Notes: generated from the letters alone by a model not told the origin. A stretch of 64,000 nucleotides of DNA from Selaginella moellendorffii (GCF_000143415.4 NW_003314282.1:825374-889373), one strand, 5' to 3'. Shown: positions 11,825 through 25,649, counted from the stretch's first letter. Numbers and translations are program-made.

Positions 11825-13435
11825 TCAAGGTAAAGCTTCTTCTATTTCCTCAAGTTGGGAGTGATCTCTAGCGGCTTGTGTTGCTCTTTCCAGATCGTTG
11901 TGAAGTTTACATGCACCGAGAAGACCACCCAATGCTAGCGAGCAGGGCAGCGGCGGGATCTGATGGAACAAGTCATGAGCATCCTGGAGCTGTCCCGCTC
12001 GACCGAGAAGATCGATCATGGGACTGTAGTGCTCAGCGGCAGGATTTAAGTTGTAGGCACTGCTCATGGAGGCGAAGTACTGCCAGGCCTGGTGGAGAAG
12101 TCCGGCTCGGCTGCAAGCTGCTAGAACAGTGGACAGTGAGAACTCGTTTGGGCGGAATCCTTCCTGCTCCATCTCTCGGAAGATCTTGATCGCTTCTCGG
12201 CCGTGACCTGCGTGACAGTGCGCGGCAACCATCGTCGTCCAGGTAACTATATCTTTCTCCGGCATGGTCTTGAAGTGGTTTCTCGCTGCTTCCAGGTTTC
12301 CATGGCTTGCGAGCGCTGCTAAGATGGTGTTCCACGATGCGGTGTTTCGCTCCAACATCGTCGTGCTGTGGAAGAGCGTCAGCGCTTGCTCCAGCCGAGA
12401 GTTTTGAGCGAAGCCCACCAGCATCGCATTGCACGAGACTGTATCCAAGTAAGGCATCTGCTCGAAGATCTTTTCTGACTCCTTGATGTAACCGAGCAGG
12501 GCATAAGCTCCGATGAGAATCGTGAAAGTCACTCCAGTTCTCTCGGGCATTCTCTCGTAGGCACAGGCCGCTTCCTCAATCTCTCCCGCCTGGACGAATC
12601 CTCGCAACAGTGTGTTCCAAGAAACTACGTTTCTGTAAAGCATCCGATCAAACAGGCTCTTTGCCCGAGCGAAACGCTCCTCGTGCACGTAAGCTCCCAA
12701 CATCGTGTTAAATGAGACTATGTCATACTCGGGCATCTTTTCAAAGAGATCCTCTGTTTGAGCCAGATTCCCGGTCCCGGCATATGCCGAGAGCATCACG
12801 TTGTACGACACCATGTCCCTGTGCGGCATTGTATCGTACATCTCCTTGGCCTCGGGAATATGCTCGTTCTCGGCGTAGACTTTGACTATGGCAGTCCACG
12901 CGACGACGTTCCTCCGCGGCATCTTGTCAAAGAGAATCTTGGAGTTAAGAAGATCCCCTCTCTCGGAATATGCGGCCATCATGATGGTCCACGAGAAGGC
13001 GTTTCTATCGGGCATGGAATCAAAGAGGATCTTTGCCTGCTGGACATTCCCATGCCGGGTATATGCCTGGAGCATGGTCGTCCACGAGACGACCGTCTTG
13101 TGTGGCGTGAGATCGAACACGCGCTTGGCCTCCTCCACATGCCCATTCTGGGCATATGCCGCGACGAGGATATTCCACGAGAAGATATTCGGGGGATTCA
13201 AGGTATCGAAGACGGCCCTCGCGCGTACGGGGCTTCCCAGCTTGCCGTACATCTCCACCAGGAGATTCGCGAGGTAAACGTTCTGGCGGTGCTGTTCGCT
13301 GGCGAGGATTCGCGTGTGGATCGCAAGCGCGTCGCGGGGATTGCCGCAGGATCTCACGATTGACGCGAGATCCTCGATCGCGTCCTGACCACCAGATCGC
13401 GGGATCGCTCCCTCCAGGTTTAATGTCGTGCCCAT
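11825..13435 (-). CDS. PLS-class pentatricopeptide repeat protein, rich in short (~31 aa) motifs, ending in a partial E domain (no DYW)
   Basis: Intronless ORF with tandem PPR motifs; ACSRAG...HYSPMIDLLGRAG...LLGACKLH. First ATG at 13435. Confidence 0.92.
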   Translation of the reverse strand: MGTTLNLEGAIPRSGGQDAIEDLASIVRSCGNPRDALAIHTRILASEQHRQNVYLANLLVEMYGKLGSPVRARAVFDTLNPPNIFSWNILVAAYAQNGHVEEAKRVFDLTPHKTVVSWTTMLQAYTRHGNVQQAKILFDSMPDRNAFSWTIMMAAYSERGDLLNSKILFDKMPRRNVVAWTAIVKVYAENEHIPEAKEMYDTMPHRDMVSYNVMLSAYAGTGNLAQTEDLFEKMPEYDIVSFNTMLGAYVHEERFARAKSLFDRMLYRNVVSWNTLLRGFVQAGEIEEAACAYERMPERTGVTFTILIGAYALLGYIKESEKIFEQMPYLDTVSCNAMLVGFAQNSRLEQALTLFHSTTMLERNTASWNTILAALASHGNLEAARNHFKTMPEKDIVTWTTMVAAHCHAGHGREAIKIFREMEQEGFRPNEFSLSTVLAACSRAGLLHQAWQYFASMSSAYNLNPAAEHYSPMIDLLGRAGQLQDAHDLFHQIPPLPCSLALGGLLGACKLHNDLERATQAARDHSQLEEIEEALP

Positions 13436-13715
13436 TTTGCTCTCGCGCCAAGAAAGCAATTTAAACTTTCCGACAATTCTATAGCATATGCCATAGTCCG
13501 GTTAGATTGAATTAGTAAAGACAATTAGATGCTAAGTAAAACGAGGACAATCCCCAGTACGTTCCAGGGACTCGTGACAGGCATAAAACTTCCCCCACTG
13601 TGAAGCGGACCAGGTACGAGAGCCCCAGCTGCCAAAAAAGCTGGATTAATCTCATTTTCACTAGGAAAAAAGTAATTAGCACTAAACTAATGCAGAATTA
13701 TTCCATTATTAGCAG

Positions 13716-13838
13716 TTATAGGCAGACAATGTCATTGTAGACCCAGGCCAGTGTAAGCAAAGCACAGTCCAAACGAGTAGTCCACACGGCAAGCGACAAA
13801 GCAAAGCAGAACAAAGCAAAGCAGAGGAGAGAGAGAGA

Positions 13839-13881
<43 letters not shown>

Positions 13882-14415
13882 TCACTTCTAAAGTCCATCC
13901 TTTGATTCAATCCATTCTCTCCAAGCAAAGTTCTATCCAAACTATAGTACAAATCTCACCTGGCGTTGGAGCAAGCGCCGGCGCAACGGCATCTGAAGCA
14001 GCCAGAGTTACACAAGAAAAAAAAAAAAAAACAAAGAGAAAGCAGTTTAGTGCCACTAAGCAAACCGATTAGCTACAAACAAACCTTTGCAGCGCTCCGG
14101 CCGGGCGTCGCCACAGAGCGACGGGAGCTGGAGGGGCTGGGTTCGATTCATGGCGCGCGCGAGCTGGTCGAGGAACACGCACAGGCAGCGCGGTGGCTCT
14201 TTTTGCGTGGAGTTTGCGACGGCGGAGCAGCAGCGCGCGGATGGCTCCCTGCTTTGTTGCTCGAGGAAAGCATGGCAAAGCATGGCAAAGCATGGCATCA
14301 ACACAGATCCGGCATCGCTGCTGGCGCACTTGGCTGGCTCGCGCTGCGCGGCCGTCGGATGGAGGAGATCCAACGCCAGCAAGAGCGCCAGCACCAGCAT
14401 TCCCCTCCTTGGCAT
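13716..14415 (-). CDS. Non-specific lipid-transfer protein-like (8-Cys), probably GPI-anchored LTPG type; 3' exon uncertain
   Basis: Signal peptide plus C-C-CC-CXC-C-C pattern (14083-14415); phase-1 intron to a small AVAPALAPTP exon (~13960-13992); hydrophobic tail downstream. Confidence 0.7.
13827..13879. repeat. (GA)n microsatellite
   Basis: Visible tandem array. Confidence 0.97.
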
Positions 14416-14822
14416 CCTTACAAGTTACAAGCACCAACTTGGTGCCACCAAGTTTGATAGAAAAATACCTTGAGCTCTTTTTCCTTTTACTTTTTTTTTT
14501 TGCTTGGGCGCTCCAAACAAAACAGTGGTGCATGGGGAGGTTTCTAAAAAAGAAGAATTTCAAAAAAAATTACAAACAAAATGTTTGAAAGAAATTGCAA
14601 AATATTCTCGCTCCTTCAACCATGCCAACCATGGAAGAACTACAAAATCTCTGAAAAGCAATCTCGGGAAGCAGCGATTTGTACATTGAAACAACCTCCT
14701 CCGCAAATCATCACCGGCCTTACGTTGGTCGTATAATCATCAACTAGAAGAACAAAAAAAAAAAAAAGAAAAACGAGAGAACCGTAGTTATGCTGACGCC
14801 GTCTAGAATATTCCGGCAACAG

Positions 14823-15294
14823 TCACGGCGGCGACCGGGCTGACGGCCACGACCTGCAGGGCGGTGACGGGCAGACGGGCGACGGCGTCGGGGGAACAGA
14901 TCGATTCCTGGGAATATTCTGTCTTGTTCTTGTTCTTCGTGGTATCCTCGGCTTCTCCAGCGCTGGATCCACATACTTGATTGGACCGCTCTTGACCGGC
15001 GTTCTCGGCCGCGGTGGCGGGTCGACCATGTAGTAGTCCTCCTCCTCGATGCGCATTTCGCGATCGCTCAGCAGAGATCTCATCCTCGGGCGTCGAATCG
15101 CCTGCAAGGAATCGATCGATTCAATTCATTGCACTCCAAGAAAGAGGCAGAGGTTTTACCTTCGCGGAGAATTGGATTCCCGAGCTTGGATCTGCCAAGG
15201 AAGGAGATCGCGCTTGAGCAGCAGCAAAACCTTTCGAGAAAGTAATCGCGATGAGCAGCATCGTCGACACCAGCAAAAGTCTTGTTCGATGCAT
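14823..15294 (-). CDS. Secreted sulfotyrosine peptide precursor, TWS1/CIF-like (137 aa; exons 15160-15294 and 14823-15101)
   Basis: Signal peptide MHRTRLLLVSTMLLIAITFSKGFAAA; 58-nt phase-0 GT-AG intron; EEE-DYYMVDPPPRPRTPVKSGPIKY resembles the TWS1 core (DY..VDPxP...GPI); Pro-rich C-terminal extension. Confidence 0.75.
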
Positions 15295-16568
15295 CGTCTG
15301 GATCGGAAGAAATGCAGAGCTCCGGAAGATCGAGACTGGATGGACAGAAGAACAAAACTGTAGAGAGAAAGAAAGCTACTTGAGGAAGAAGCGAAGAACA
15401 CAAACAAGAACAAGGAGAAGAGGACGAAGACAAGTTTCAATCTGGCCGGATGGGGATGTGGAGAGGGCTTTTTGACGAGCTCGAAACGAGGAAACTCTAC
15501 TCAAACAATGCAAGACAAACGCTCCAAGATCCACTGCCTTGGACGACGCACACGCAGAGCTGCAAAATTCATATAGAAAAAACGAAGAACCAAAAAAAAA
15601 CCACGATAGAGTCAATCAATCCGGCTGCTGCTCACGGGCCGAATCGATTAAAAAAAGCTCTCGCTTGACACAAGCGTCCAAGCGGCGCCACAGCGCAGCA
15701 ATGCATTGAACTCTCTCTCCATGGCGAAAAATATCAAATCACTCACCAAAAGCTCTCAAGGTTTTCGATATCTTCGCGAGGGTCACATCCAAATGCTCAC
15801 AACAACAAGAACACCGGAGAAGCCTCTCTCGATCGTTTCCTGGTCGTCGTCTACACCATTTTTCTCTCTTGCGCTGCTATTTTATTATTTCTTTTGCCTT
15901 CTTTCTCACTGATGAATGAAATGATGAATTCAAAGCAAAAGAATATTGATAAAATACCTATCCTAAAAAACAGCTCAAACACTTTGAACAGAAGCCACAG
16001 CTAGAGGGGACAAAAGAATCCAAATTGCCAGACCTATACCATTTTAAAACACCAAGCGTATCGCATAAACATACGGTGTTGTTATAGCCGGGTTTAGCGT
16101 AATCAACCCCGTGTCGTGTGAGGCATCAACTTCGTATCAATGCCAAGATATCCCAGCGATGTGAAGAGGTTTTGACACTCCTGCAAATGCCCAGTCGCGG
16201 CATTCACCGTACGCGCCAGTGGCGGTGCCGTACCTCTGGGTCTTAGGGCAAAGCAACGTTGCGATCAATCATTGATGTCAAGGTAAAAATCAAAAGAGTG
16301 TTTTAAATTTGCGTTGTCAAGCTTATCAAAGAAACCTTAACCATACCTTACCAGACTTTTTTATCTAGGCCTCCGCGAAACTTGGGTAATGTTTATCTGG
16401 ATCATTTCGTGCGAAATTTTAGCTCATTTACCGCGGCTCTGGGCCGTTGGATAAAGGGCACGCGATATATGAGCCAATCCAACGGTAAGGGTTGCGAATT
16501 TATTTTATTTTGTGCTTCTTCTTCCACCCGGGAGAGGGCGAGGCGGGCGATCGTTCCGCCAAGGCGAG

Positions 16569-19500
16569 ATGGTTTCGAGCGATTCAATGCGAGATCAGCG
16601 CCAGGAGCTGGTGGTTGTCTACTATGTCACTGGCCATGGATTCGGCCACGCGACGCGCGTTGTCGAGGTGAGATCTCGTGCGAAATTAGGCTGGGAATGG
16701 CGATCCGGGAAGAACCCTAGCTACATCACACGCTTCTTGCTGATATTTCCAGGTCGCCAGGCATCTGGTAGCTGCTGGACATGTCGTTTACATAGTTTCT
16801 GGCGCTCCGGATTTCGTGTTTAAGCGCGAGATTCCATCTCCCAAGCTTCACGTCCGCAAGGTAAGCGATCTTGCGGCTTCTGGAATTGGATCTCTATTTT
16901 TTCTAGCGACTGAGAATTCTCGCACAGGTGCTTCTAGACTGTGGAGCTGTGCAATCGGATGCCTTGACAGTGGATCGCCAGGCTTCCTTGGAACAGGTGA
17001 TACGGATTAAAAAAAGTCTTGATTTATCGATGCTATCCTTTTTTTTCAGTATTCCGAGACAGCAGTATTACCACGAGCATCAATTCTGGAAACTGAGTCT
17101 CGATGGCTTCGTTCCATCAATGCAAATCTTGTGGTAACTTGTGATCGTTTTTTTCTCGTATGGTTGTTTCTAAAGGAAAACTTATGTTAGGTTTCGGATA
17201 TTGTTCCGGTGGCATGTCGAGCTGCGACAGAAGCTGATATTCCTTCGATTTGTGTTAGCAACTTCAGGTCTGCGTGGCTGACCAATCTTTGGATTGAAAC
17301 TTACGTTGATTTCTCAGCTGGGACTTTATATATGCCGACTATGTCACGGCTGCTGGCCATGCGCATCAGTCGATCATTTGGCAGGTAAGGAAATGTTGCT
17401 GTGTTTAGACGCTTATTGCTTGGTGATTGCAGATAGCGGAAGACTACTCTCAAGCGTTGTTTTTAATACGCTTGCCTGGCTACTGTCCTAGTAAGTAAAG
17501 CTGCTCTTCGTAGTTCCCTTTTGTGAGACCAAGTGTTTGTAACAGTGCCAGCGTTTCGTGATGTCGTGGATGCTCCTTTAGTTGTTCGAGAAGTTCGGAA
17601 GAGTAGAGAGCAGGTCTTTGTGCCCGTTTTGATTGGATTTTGCACGTACTATAGCGTGTTTTATTTTGCAGGTTCGCAAGGAGTTCGGCATTCCAGATGA
17701 CAAAAAGATTGTTGTCTTCAACTTCGGTGGCCAGGTATGTCCAGAAAGTGCTATCGACACAATTTGTGATATAAACTTCCTTTCAGCTCGCTAATTGGTC
17801 CTTAAAAGAGGAATTTTTACCTGCGGGCTGGGTATGCTTGGTCTGTGGTGCTTCCTCGGACCAGTCGCTCCCTCCAAATTTTATTGGCCCTGGACGTGAT
17901 GCATATACTCCAGATCTTATTGCAGCAAGCGATTGCATGCTTGGTATGTTTATCAAATCATGTGCGTGTCCTCAGATTTTTTTTTTCAGGCAAGATTGGC
18001 TATGGAACTGTGAGTGAAGCCTTGGGATACAAAGTTCCTTTCGTATTTATCAGACGTGATTACTTTAACGAAGAACCATTTTTGAGAAATATGCTAGAGG
18101 TAACTTTGATGGCATTTTTAGGAAACTTCAACTTACAAATGAATGACAGTCCTACCGATGTGGAGTAGAAATGATCCGAAGAGATTTTTTAAGTGGACAA
18201 TGGGAACCATATCTTCAACGGGCGTTGCAGATGAAGCCTTGCTACGATCTTCCGTTGAACGGTGGCGAGGTGACGTGAATGAATCACTTTAAAGAATAGT
18301 CCGATCACTATAGTTGTTTTCCTGCAGACGGTTGCGAGAATACTAGAGGGTGCTGCTCGGGGTGATATTGCCTCCGTAAGAAAGGTAATGTTAAAGCACT
18401 AAACAGTGTAAAACTGATTCTTTCTTCATTCACCTAGGAAAGTGGAGCACGCAGGCTTCGTGATGCCATTGTCTTTGGATATCAAATTCAAAGAGTTCCT
18501 GGTAGGGAGGTTACAATTCCTGATTGGTACACTCAAAGTCAAAGTGAGAGCCAATTGGGCCTTCTGAATGGTTTGAATCCTGGTGTACCGGGAAATCTTC
18601 TTAATCACACTGTCACTGACATGTAAGTCTCTTATGTCAAAAAGTTTGTATTCTAAACGCTGTTGTTTCAGAGAGGTGGAAGAGTTTGAGATTTTGCACG
18701 GGGATCTGCAAGGATTATCAGATACAGCTCTTTTCCTTAAAAGTCTCGCAAGGTTGAAAGACGATGTAAACTCACCGCTTCGAGAACGTGTAGCTGCTGC
18801 CGGCATATTTTCTTGGGAGGTAAGAAGCTGAATGTAGATGCAGACCAGGGTCTTAACTTTGCTATATTTTACAGGAAGAAATATTTGTAGCAAGAGCTCC
18901 TGGTCGTTTGGATGTTATGGGCGGAATCGCGGATTACTCTGGCAGCCTCGTGCTACAAGTATGGTTAACTCCTGTGTCACAACAACTTTGAACTAACATC
19001 ATGCATTCCAGATGCCGATTAGAGAAGCTTGTCACGTTGCTGTTCAAAGAAATTCTCCTGGGAAGCAGCGGGTGTGGAAGCACATATCTGCCCGACAAGT
19101 TCCTGGCTGTAAGCCAGTCATGCAAATTGTGCGTAAGATTTTTTCTTGTCTGGATTTTTACGAATTGAATTTTGCAGGTATCTCTCGGATCTGAGGCGTC
19201 TAACAGGGCTCCAACTTTTGATATGGACCTATCCGACTTTTTTGATGCGCAAGGAGAACCTATTAGCTACGAAGAAGCTCGCAGATACTTCTCTAACGAT
19301 TCGTCACAAAGGTCGAGAAAGTAGTACCAACTAGAATCAAGTTTGCATTTTGTAACGCGCGTTTCCTCTGGCAGGTGGGCCGCTTATGTCGCAGGGACCA
19401 TTTTGGTGTTGATACGAGAACTAGGATTCAAGTGTGAAGACTGCATTAGCATTTTGGTAAGTCACGTTACACAGTGACGACAAAGGGTAGTATCTAACGT

Positions 19501-21068
19501 CTGGAATGCAGGTATCCTCAGCTGTTCCCGAAGGCAAAGGTGTGTCCTCGTCAGCAGCTGTCGAGGTTGCTTCAATGTCAGCAATAGCCGCGGCATATGG
19601 TAAGTTGCCAGCTTTCGATTCCAACACACAAATTTTGAGTTTTGTTTGCACGTCCTCAGGTCTTGAAATTGAGCCAAGGCAGCTGGCAATTCTTTGTCAG
19701 AAGGTAGGCATACAAGTCTTGTTTACAGCTTAGTGAAACCTTGCGCAGGTAGAGAATCTCATTGTTGGTGCCCCTTGCGGAGTCATGGACCAGATGACCT
19801 CAGCTTGTGGCGAGGCGTACAAACTTCTCGCGATGGTGTGCCAGGTACTATCTATAAATCTGTCTATTGGTGCGCACCAATTAACATTTCGATGGATGAA
19901 ACAGCCAGCAGAGGTGAAAGAACACGTGAACATCCCCACGGACGTTAAGTTCTGGGGGATTGATTCGGGCATAAAGCACAGGTGAGATCTTCAAACTCGA
20001 GTCCCGGCAATGATGCTAACGTTGTTTTCTTTCTCGCTTTGTCTCTAGCGTTGGGGGAGCCGATTACGGATCCGTTAGAGTTGGAGCGTTCATGGGCCGC
20101 CAGATGATTGCGCAGCTAGCAGCCGAGAAACTCTCAGAGAAACAGGACAACGGAAATGGTTTTGACGAAGTCGACGAGGTGGAAACGGAACAGCTTCTGG
20201 ACGAAAAGAATCTGTCATATCTGTGCAACCTGACGACAGAAAGGTACCAGCATCCATGATTTTTCTTTGCCAACTTAACGCCAACTTAACGCGACTGTTT
20301 AACCGCAGATACGAAGCCTCGTACGCCAACATGCTCCCCGAGACAATCGAAGGGAAGAAATTCCTGGACAAGTATGGCAGTCACAAAGATTCGGTGACAA
20401 CAATTCTTCCGCAAGTCTCGTACCCTGTCAAATCACCCACGGCCCATCCAATCTATGAAAACAGCCGTGTGGAGGTAAAACCACCATCTCTTCCTTTCTT
20501 TCAGCTTCTCATTCCAACAAATGGTTCTTCCTTTCAGGCATTTGCTCTTCTGCTGGAAGCTGCCGGAGATACCACTAAACAACTCTACTTGTTGGGCCAA
20601 CTAATGTATCAGGTAAGTGTAACTTTGTTTTACCAGCTACATGGATGGATGGATGGATGGATGTTAACTTTGGATTGGCAGGCACACTTGAGCTACACGA
20701 AATGTGGTCTGGGCTCCACTGGCACAGACCGGCTTGTGGCTCTGGTAAAACACATGCAAAGACACAGCACGTCGGAGAACACATGCTTGTTTGGTGCCAA
20801 GATCTCCGGCGGTGGATGCGGTGGAACCGTTTGTGTCGTGAGCACACCCGGAGTGGACGCTACAAAGCAAATCCTCGAGGTAAGTTCACACGTCACTTGG
20901 TCCCTCGAATCGTAGAGATCTTATTGACTGCTCTCGTTTGTTTGTTTGTTCACACAGGTCCAGCAGCGTTACAAGGAAGCCACTGGCCATTTGCCGTTTA
21001 TATTCGAAGGATCATCACCTGGAGCTGGGAAGTTTGGCCATCTGAGAATCATCAGGAAAAGTATATAG
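16569..21068 (+). CDS. ARA1: L-arabinokinase (glycosyltransferase-like N-terminus plus GHMP kinase); many exons
   Basis: [101 protein letters not shown]. Confidence 0.95.
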
Positions 21069-21136
21069 AAATAACGACGATGTATTACACCACTAACACC
21101 ACCTTGTTGTAAAGCTAACATCTTTTGATCGATCAA

Positions 21137-24100
21137 TCAAACAATGACGTGAAGCTTGTCAAATGCACTAGCAAACTCGTCCACGTCGACTATCTCTTTC
21201 TCTCGCGCGCGGCTTGCTTCTTCAAGCTCGATTTCCAGGTCTTTCATTTTCTTCCTGATGTTTTCTCCCCCATCCGGCAGCTTTGACACCAGGCTCTAAA
21301 CAACAAAAGAGAAGGGATAAGAGTTAGGCTCACGGGATAAGAATGATGACAACACTCACACGGTTTGAAAGCATGGAGGACAGCCTATTGATGTTATCTT
21401 GCAAATGTCTCACGTTCATCTGGCTATCATCAAGGTCCACCAGATTCACTCTTTGCGTTCCCTTCCAGTAGTTGCTTTGCGGCTGATATGCACCAGAGCT
21501 GTAAGAAAACCCGAAATACATTAGCAAGGATGTAAAAGCAGAAAAGATACTTACCCAGAGTAGTCCTCCACTTGCTTATTTTTTAGTTTGGAAGATAGCG
21601 AGTCGGCCATCCTGTGAAGTAGCATTATCTGTTGTGTGAGAAGGCTCGAGAGTAAATGCTACTCATGCAAACCTTGAGAAGCTGGCAGTGGCAGAGACTT
21701 CTTCATCGGCGGCAGGAGGTAATTCTGGCGCAGCCTTGGAAAACAAAAGGTCGTGGTGACTCACGCCTGCGATTCCCTGGCGTTCCAGGAACTTAATATG
21801 CTTTGCGAGTTCTTCGTCTCTGCCACAATGATGTCACAATGCTGACGGGAATAAAAGTCATGCAAAAAACATACACTTCGAACTGACTGGCGTGCTCTTC
21901 ATACAGCTGCTGCTGCGTAGGAGAAATGTCGAAACCAGTCTTCGGAACAGTCAATAATTCTCGGAAGTCCTGCGAGCGCAAAACAATGTAAGTGATCGGC
22001 TGTTTTGTCCAATGCTACTATACCTGCTGGGAAAAGTACCGGAATTGTTCTGCACGTTCGGTAGCAACTTTCATGAGGCCTCCTTTGAAAACCTGAAAAG
22101 AGATGGGACGATTGAAAAACCATATGTACAGCTTGGCTTACCTGCTTCCTGTAAATCTTCTCCTCCAATGTGCCGGATGTCATCAGGCGGTAAACTATGA
22201 CGTCCCGGAGCTGTCCAATGCGATATGCTCGGTCAACACTTTGGTTGTCCTTGCTACAAAATACGTGTTAAAAAAAAAAAGAAGAAAATCTTAGAAGTGA
22301 ACCCGAACCTGGGATTCCAAGCCGGATCTACAATGACAACTCTATCTGCAGCTGTCAACGTAAGTCCCAATCCTCCAACTTGAGATGTCAGCAGAAATAT
22401 AGAAACTGTACAGCCATCAGTTTGGAAATCCTGCAATAGAATAAAGTTAGTCAAGTAAATCCATAACCGTGGCTCACCTCAACGATCCTCTGACGCTCGG
22501 AACCTTTTGTTTTGCCGTCTATACGACAAAAGCTATACCTCCGTTTCGTTATCTCTTCCTGAAAGAAAAACGTCAGTTAAGGCAGTAAAAATATGTGACG
22601 CACCTGGATAATGTCAAGCATCTTAAGAGTCTGAGCAAACACCAGTGTTCTATGGCCCTCTTGCACAAGATTTTCCTTCAGCAAAAATACACAAATATAA
22701 GTTGTAAGTTTTCGGCACCAACTCACCAGAAGAGCCATAAGAAATACGATCTTGCACGAATGTTTATTTCCATCACTGTCAGGCTCGGGCTCTGCTAAAC
22801 CAGCAAGCGATTTTCTCATAGCCTCTGCGGCCGCAATGTCGGTACTATCTAAATACTCGAGGCCCTCCACCACATCGTCAGTCGCCCGCTTTGTCAAGAG
22901 CAAAGGGTGGTCACAAATTTTTTTGAGAATCTGCAATTCGGACATCAATACTAGGAATAACTTAAATAAGATTTCAAATACCGTCAATGCTGCTAAAGCA
23001 GAACCCTTGGCTGAACCTGCCAGGGACCCTTGGGCTGTTTCACTTCTTAAAAACGCAGTGTACATTTGACGCTGAAAACAGGCACAAGCTAGTAGACAGA
23101 AAAACTTCAAACTTTTACGTACCTGACGTTGAGACAATCGCAGCCATACAATTATGTCATTCTTTTTTGCAAGCTGCTGTGTTTCTTCACCGGTATTCGG
23201 AAAAACGTCCTTCTTCAGGCGACGCAAAAAGTACGGAGCAAATCTGTCTTGAAGCTCCTGCAAAACCAACTCAAAAACAGGATAACTTGAATGTTTTCAT
23301 ACCTGCGCAACGGCGGCTCCAATTCTCTTTTGCCTATCGGTTGCATTCTTATCGTTGCCACTTAAAATCATAGTTTCGTATTTCGCCTTGAATCTGCACC
23401 TTACAAAGTTAAGCATAAGAACCAGCGAAGGTACATTCAAAACGCACTCCTTTCGGTCCCCTAGAAGTTCAGGGTAGCAGAAGTCGAAAAGAGCCCACAT
23501 TTCCTGGAAATAGGTGTTTAGTGATAGAAGGTATCAAAGTATTTCCACATCAATCTCACTCGCAAATTGTTCTGTATGGGAGTGCCACTTATAATGATTC
23601 TATGAGCGCTCGGAATTTCCTTCAAACTTTTTGCACGTTGAGTTGAGGGATTTTTTATTAGGTGGCCCTGCACATTTCACGTAAATGAGAAGCACAGCAA
23701 AGAATCGTCTTACCTCGTCAAGAATTACGTAGTCCCAAGTCACGTCATCATCATCAAAGTTGTATTCACCTTTCAAAGCATTAGTATTGTGGCGAACAAT
23801 ATCATATGTGGTAAGCAGCACTCCTCCGACCTGTCGCAATGGCAACAATGAGACACACGGATGTAGATTTCACAATGAGTATACCTGCAATATACGATCC
23901 AAATTAGATTCCCGGACGCTTATAGACGTCCCCGAGTAGCTGTAAGACAAAAAAGAACGATTAACATCTGTAGCTTGAACGATGTCACTTACTCTTTAAC
24001 TTTCCTTCCAAGTCCCACCACATTGAGCTCCTTGCCCCAGTGAGGTATCAAAGTCTTCGGCGCAACAATAAGTGCCCTCTTAATAAGCTTAGAGTGAAAC

Positions 24101-25313
24101 AGGCCACAAAGAAATGCAGCAATCTGAGAAAGGATAGATTAGAACTGCAAAAACATCAAATATAATTTTTTTTTACCTGCATTGTCTTACCAAGGCCCAT
24201 GTCGTCTCCCAGAATTCCTCCTCGACGCTGAAGATGCAATCTCCACAGCCAACGTAGACCTTCATGTTGATGCTCATAGAGGATAGAAGAAACATTCCCG
24301 GGGAGGACGAATTTCCACCTTCCTTCACCAAGTACTAGATCGAGAGCTGACTTGTTGGACTTCTTAGATAAACTTGAAGAAGAAATCTCGAGAACGTCAT
24401 CAGTGGCCCCCTTGGACACCTCCGCGAGAGACGATGTAGCTGATCCATAGTCTGCACTGTTGGCGGACTCGAAAGTGTCTCTAGATGTCGTTGATATTTG
24501 TTGCTTCATCGTCAGCGACATGGAACCGAGTTTTTCGCACAGAAGATAGTCAACACCGTCGTCAGTTTCTAGCGAGTTACTGTCGTTGGAATCGCTTGGC
24601 AGCTCTACCAGTTGAGCAGCAGCAAGTTCAGAGGCCATTGGAAGGGGTGAATCACGCTCCTTGACCTTGCAAAGCCTTCTCCTTCCCGGCACTTTGGTGC
24701 TGTTTGCCTGTGACTGCTGTGGTCTGACGGGTTCTTCACTGGCAGTAGAAACTTAAAAAAAAAAACAAACTTATAAGCTTCCAACTTTCTACGAAGGCAA
24801 AAATGAAGTGTACCTGAGGAGGTGGTTTCCTTCCTGACAGTGGGAGCTGCATATAAACATTAAGTTAGCCTCTACAAAGAATGAAAAGCAAGCCTACCTG
24901 ACGATGTCAAGGATTCATCCAAAACTACATAAGAAAAAAAATTAAAAAGCTTCCTAGAACGAAAGACACAAGCAAGCTTACCTGATGTATCTGACTGCTT
25001 TGGTCTGGTGGATTCCTCCTTGGCAGTAGAAACTACATGGCACACAAAATTAGTTTTTCTTTCTACGATGAGAGCGAACTTAAGGCCTACCTGAGGACGG
25101 GCATTCTTCATCTGAGACTGAGTCTTCAAACAATCGAGCATCGTTCTCTCCCACGCCCGGCCAAAACATACTTCCAGCATCCTGTTCCTCATCCAACGGC
25201 GCTTTCCTACCGCGAGCGGCCCTGGCGTCAGCTATCTTCTCCAATAGAGCCGTCCTCTCCGCATTCTTGAGATTCCGCTTGCTCCGAACGAATTGGACAT
25301 CGTCATCATCCAT
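21137..25313 (-). CDS. CHR24: SNF2-family chromatin remodeller CHR24 (ERCC6L/PICH-like)
   Basis: GGILGDDMGLGKTMQ, WDYVILDE, ISGTPIQN, LKKICDHP, LLTSQVGGLGLTLTAADRVVIVDPAWNP, HDLLFS, C-terminal LPDGGE. Confidence 0.9.
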
Positions 25314-25649
25314 AGAACCAGCTGAACAGTCACAGCCGGAGCGATCGACACCCTGGAGAGAAATGCCGCACAAACCCTCAATCGAAATTCACCGCAATGC
25401 CCTTGGCGCGCCGCCTAATCACTGCGCCTCCATCGATCAATCGCGGCACCCTAAAGCCCTAGACATGCTCTTCCCTCCAAAATACAAAATATAAACCCTA
25501 GCTTATTTGGCACGTGTACATGCTCTCGCATATTATAAGTATATCCTTTTTCGCATATACCCTGGTATCTCACACATCTTGACATTGAAGATATTCATCC
25601 AAATAGAAAATTTCAAGGATTTCTAAGTTTCAGTGGAAGTATGTATGGG

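Noticed and set aside
11878-13464. Antisense and alternate-frame ORFs over the PPR gene (likewise over NdhS, rhomboid, PPR-DYW and the transposase)
   Set aside because: Shadow ORFs of GC-rich coding sequence.
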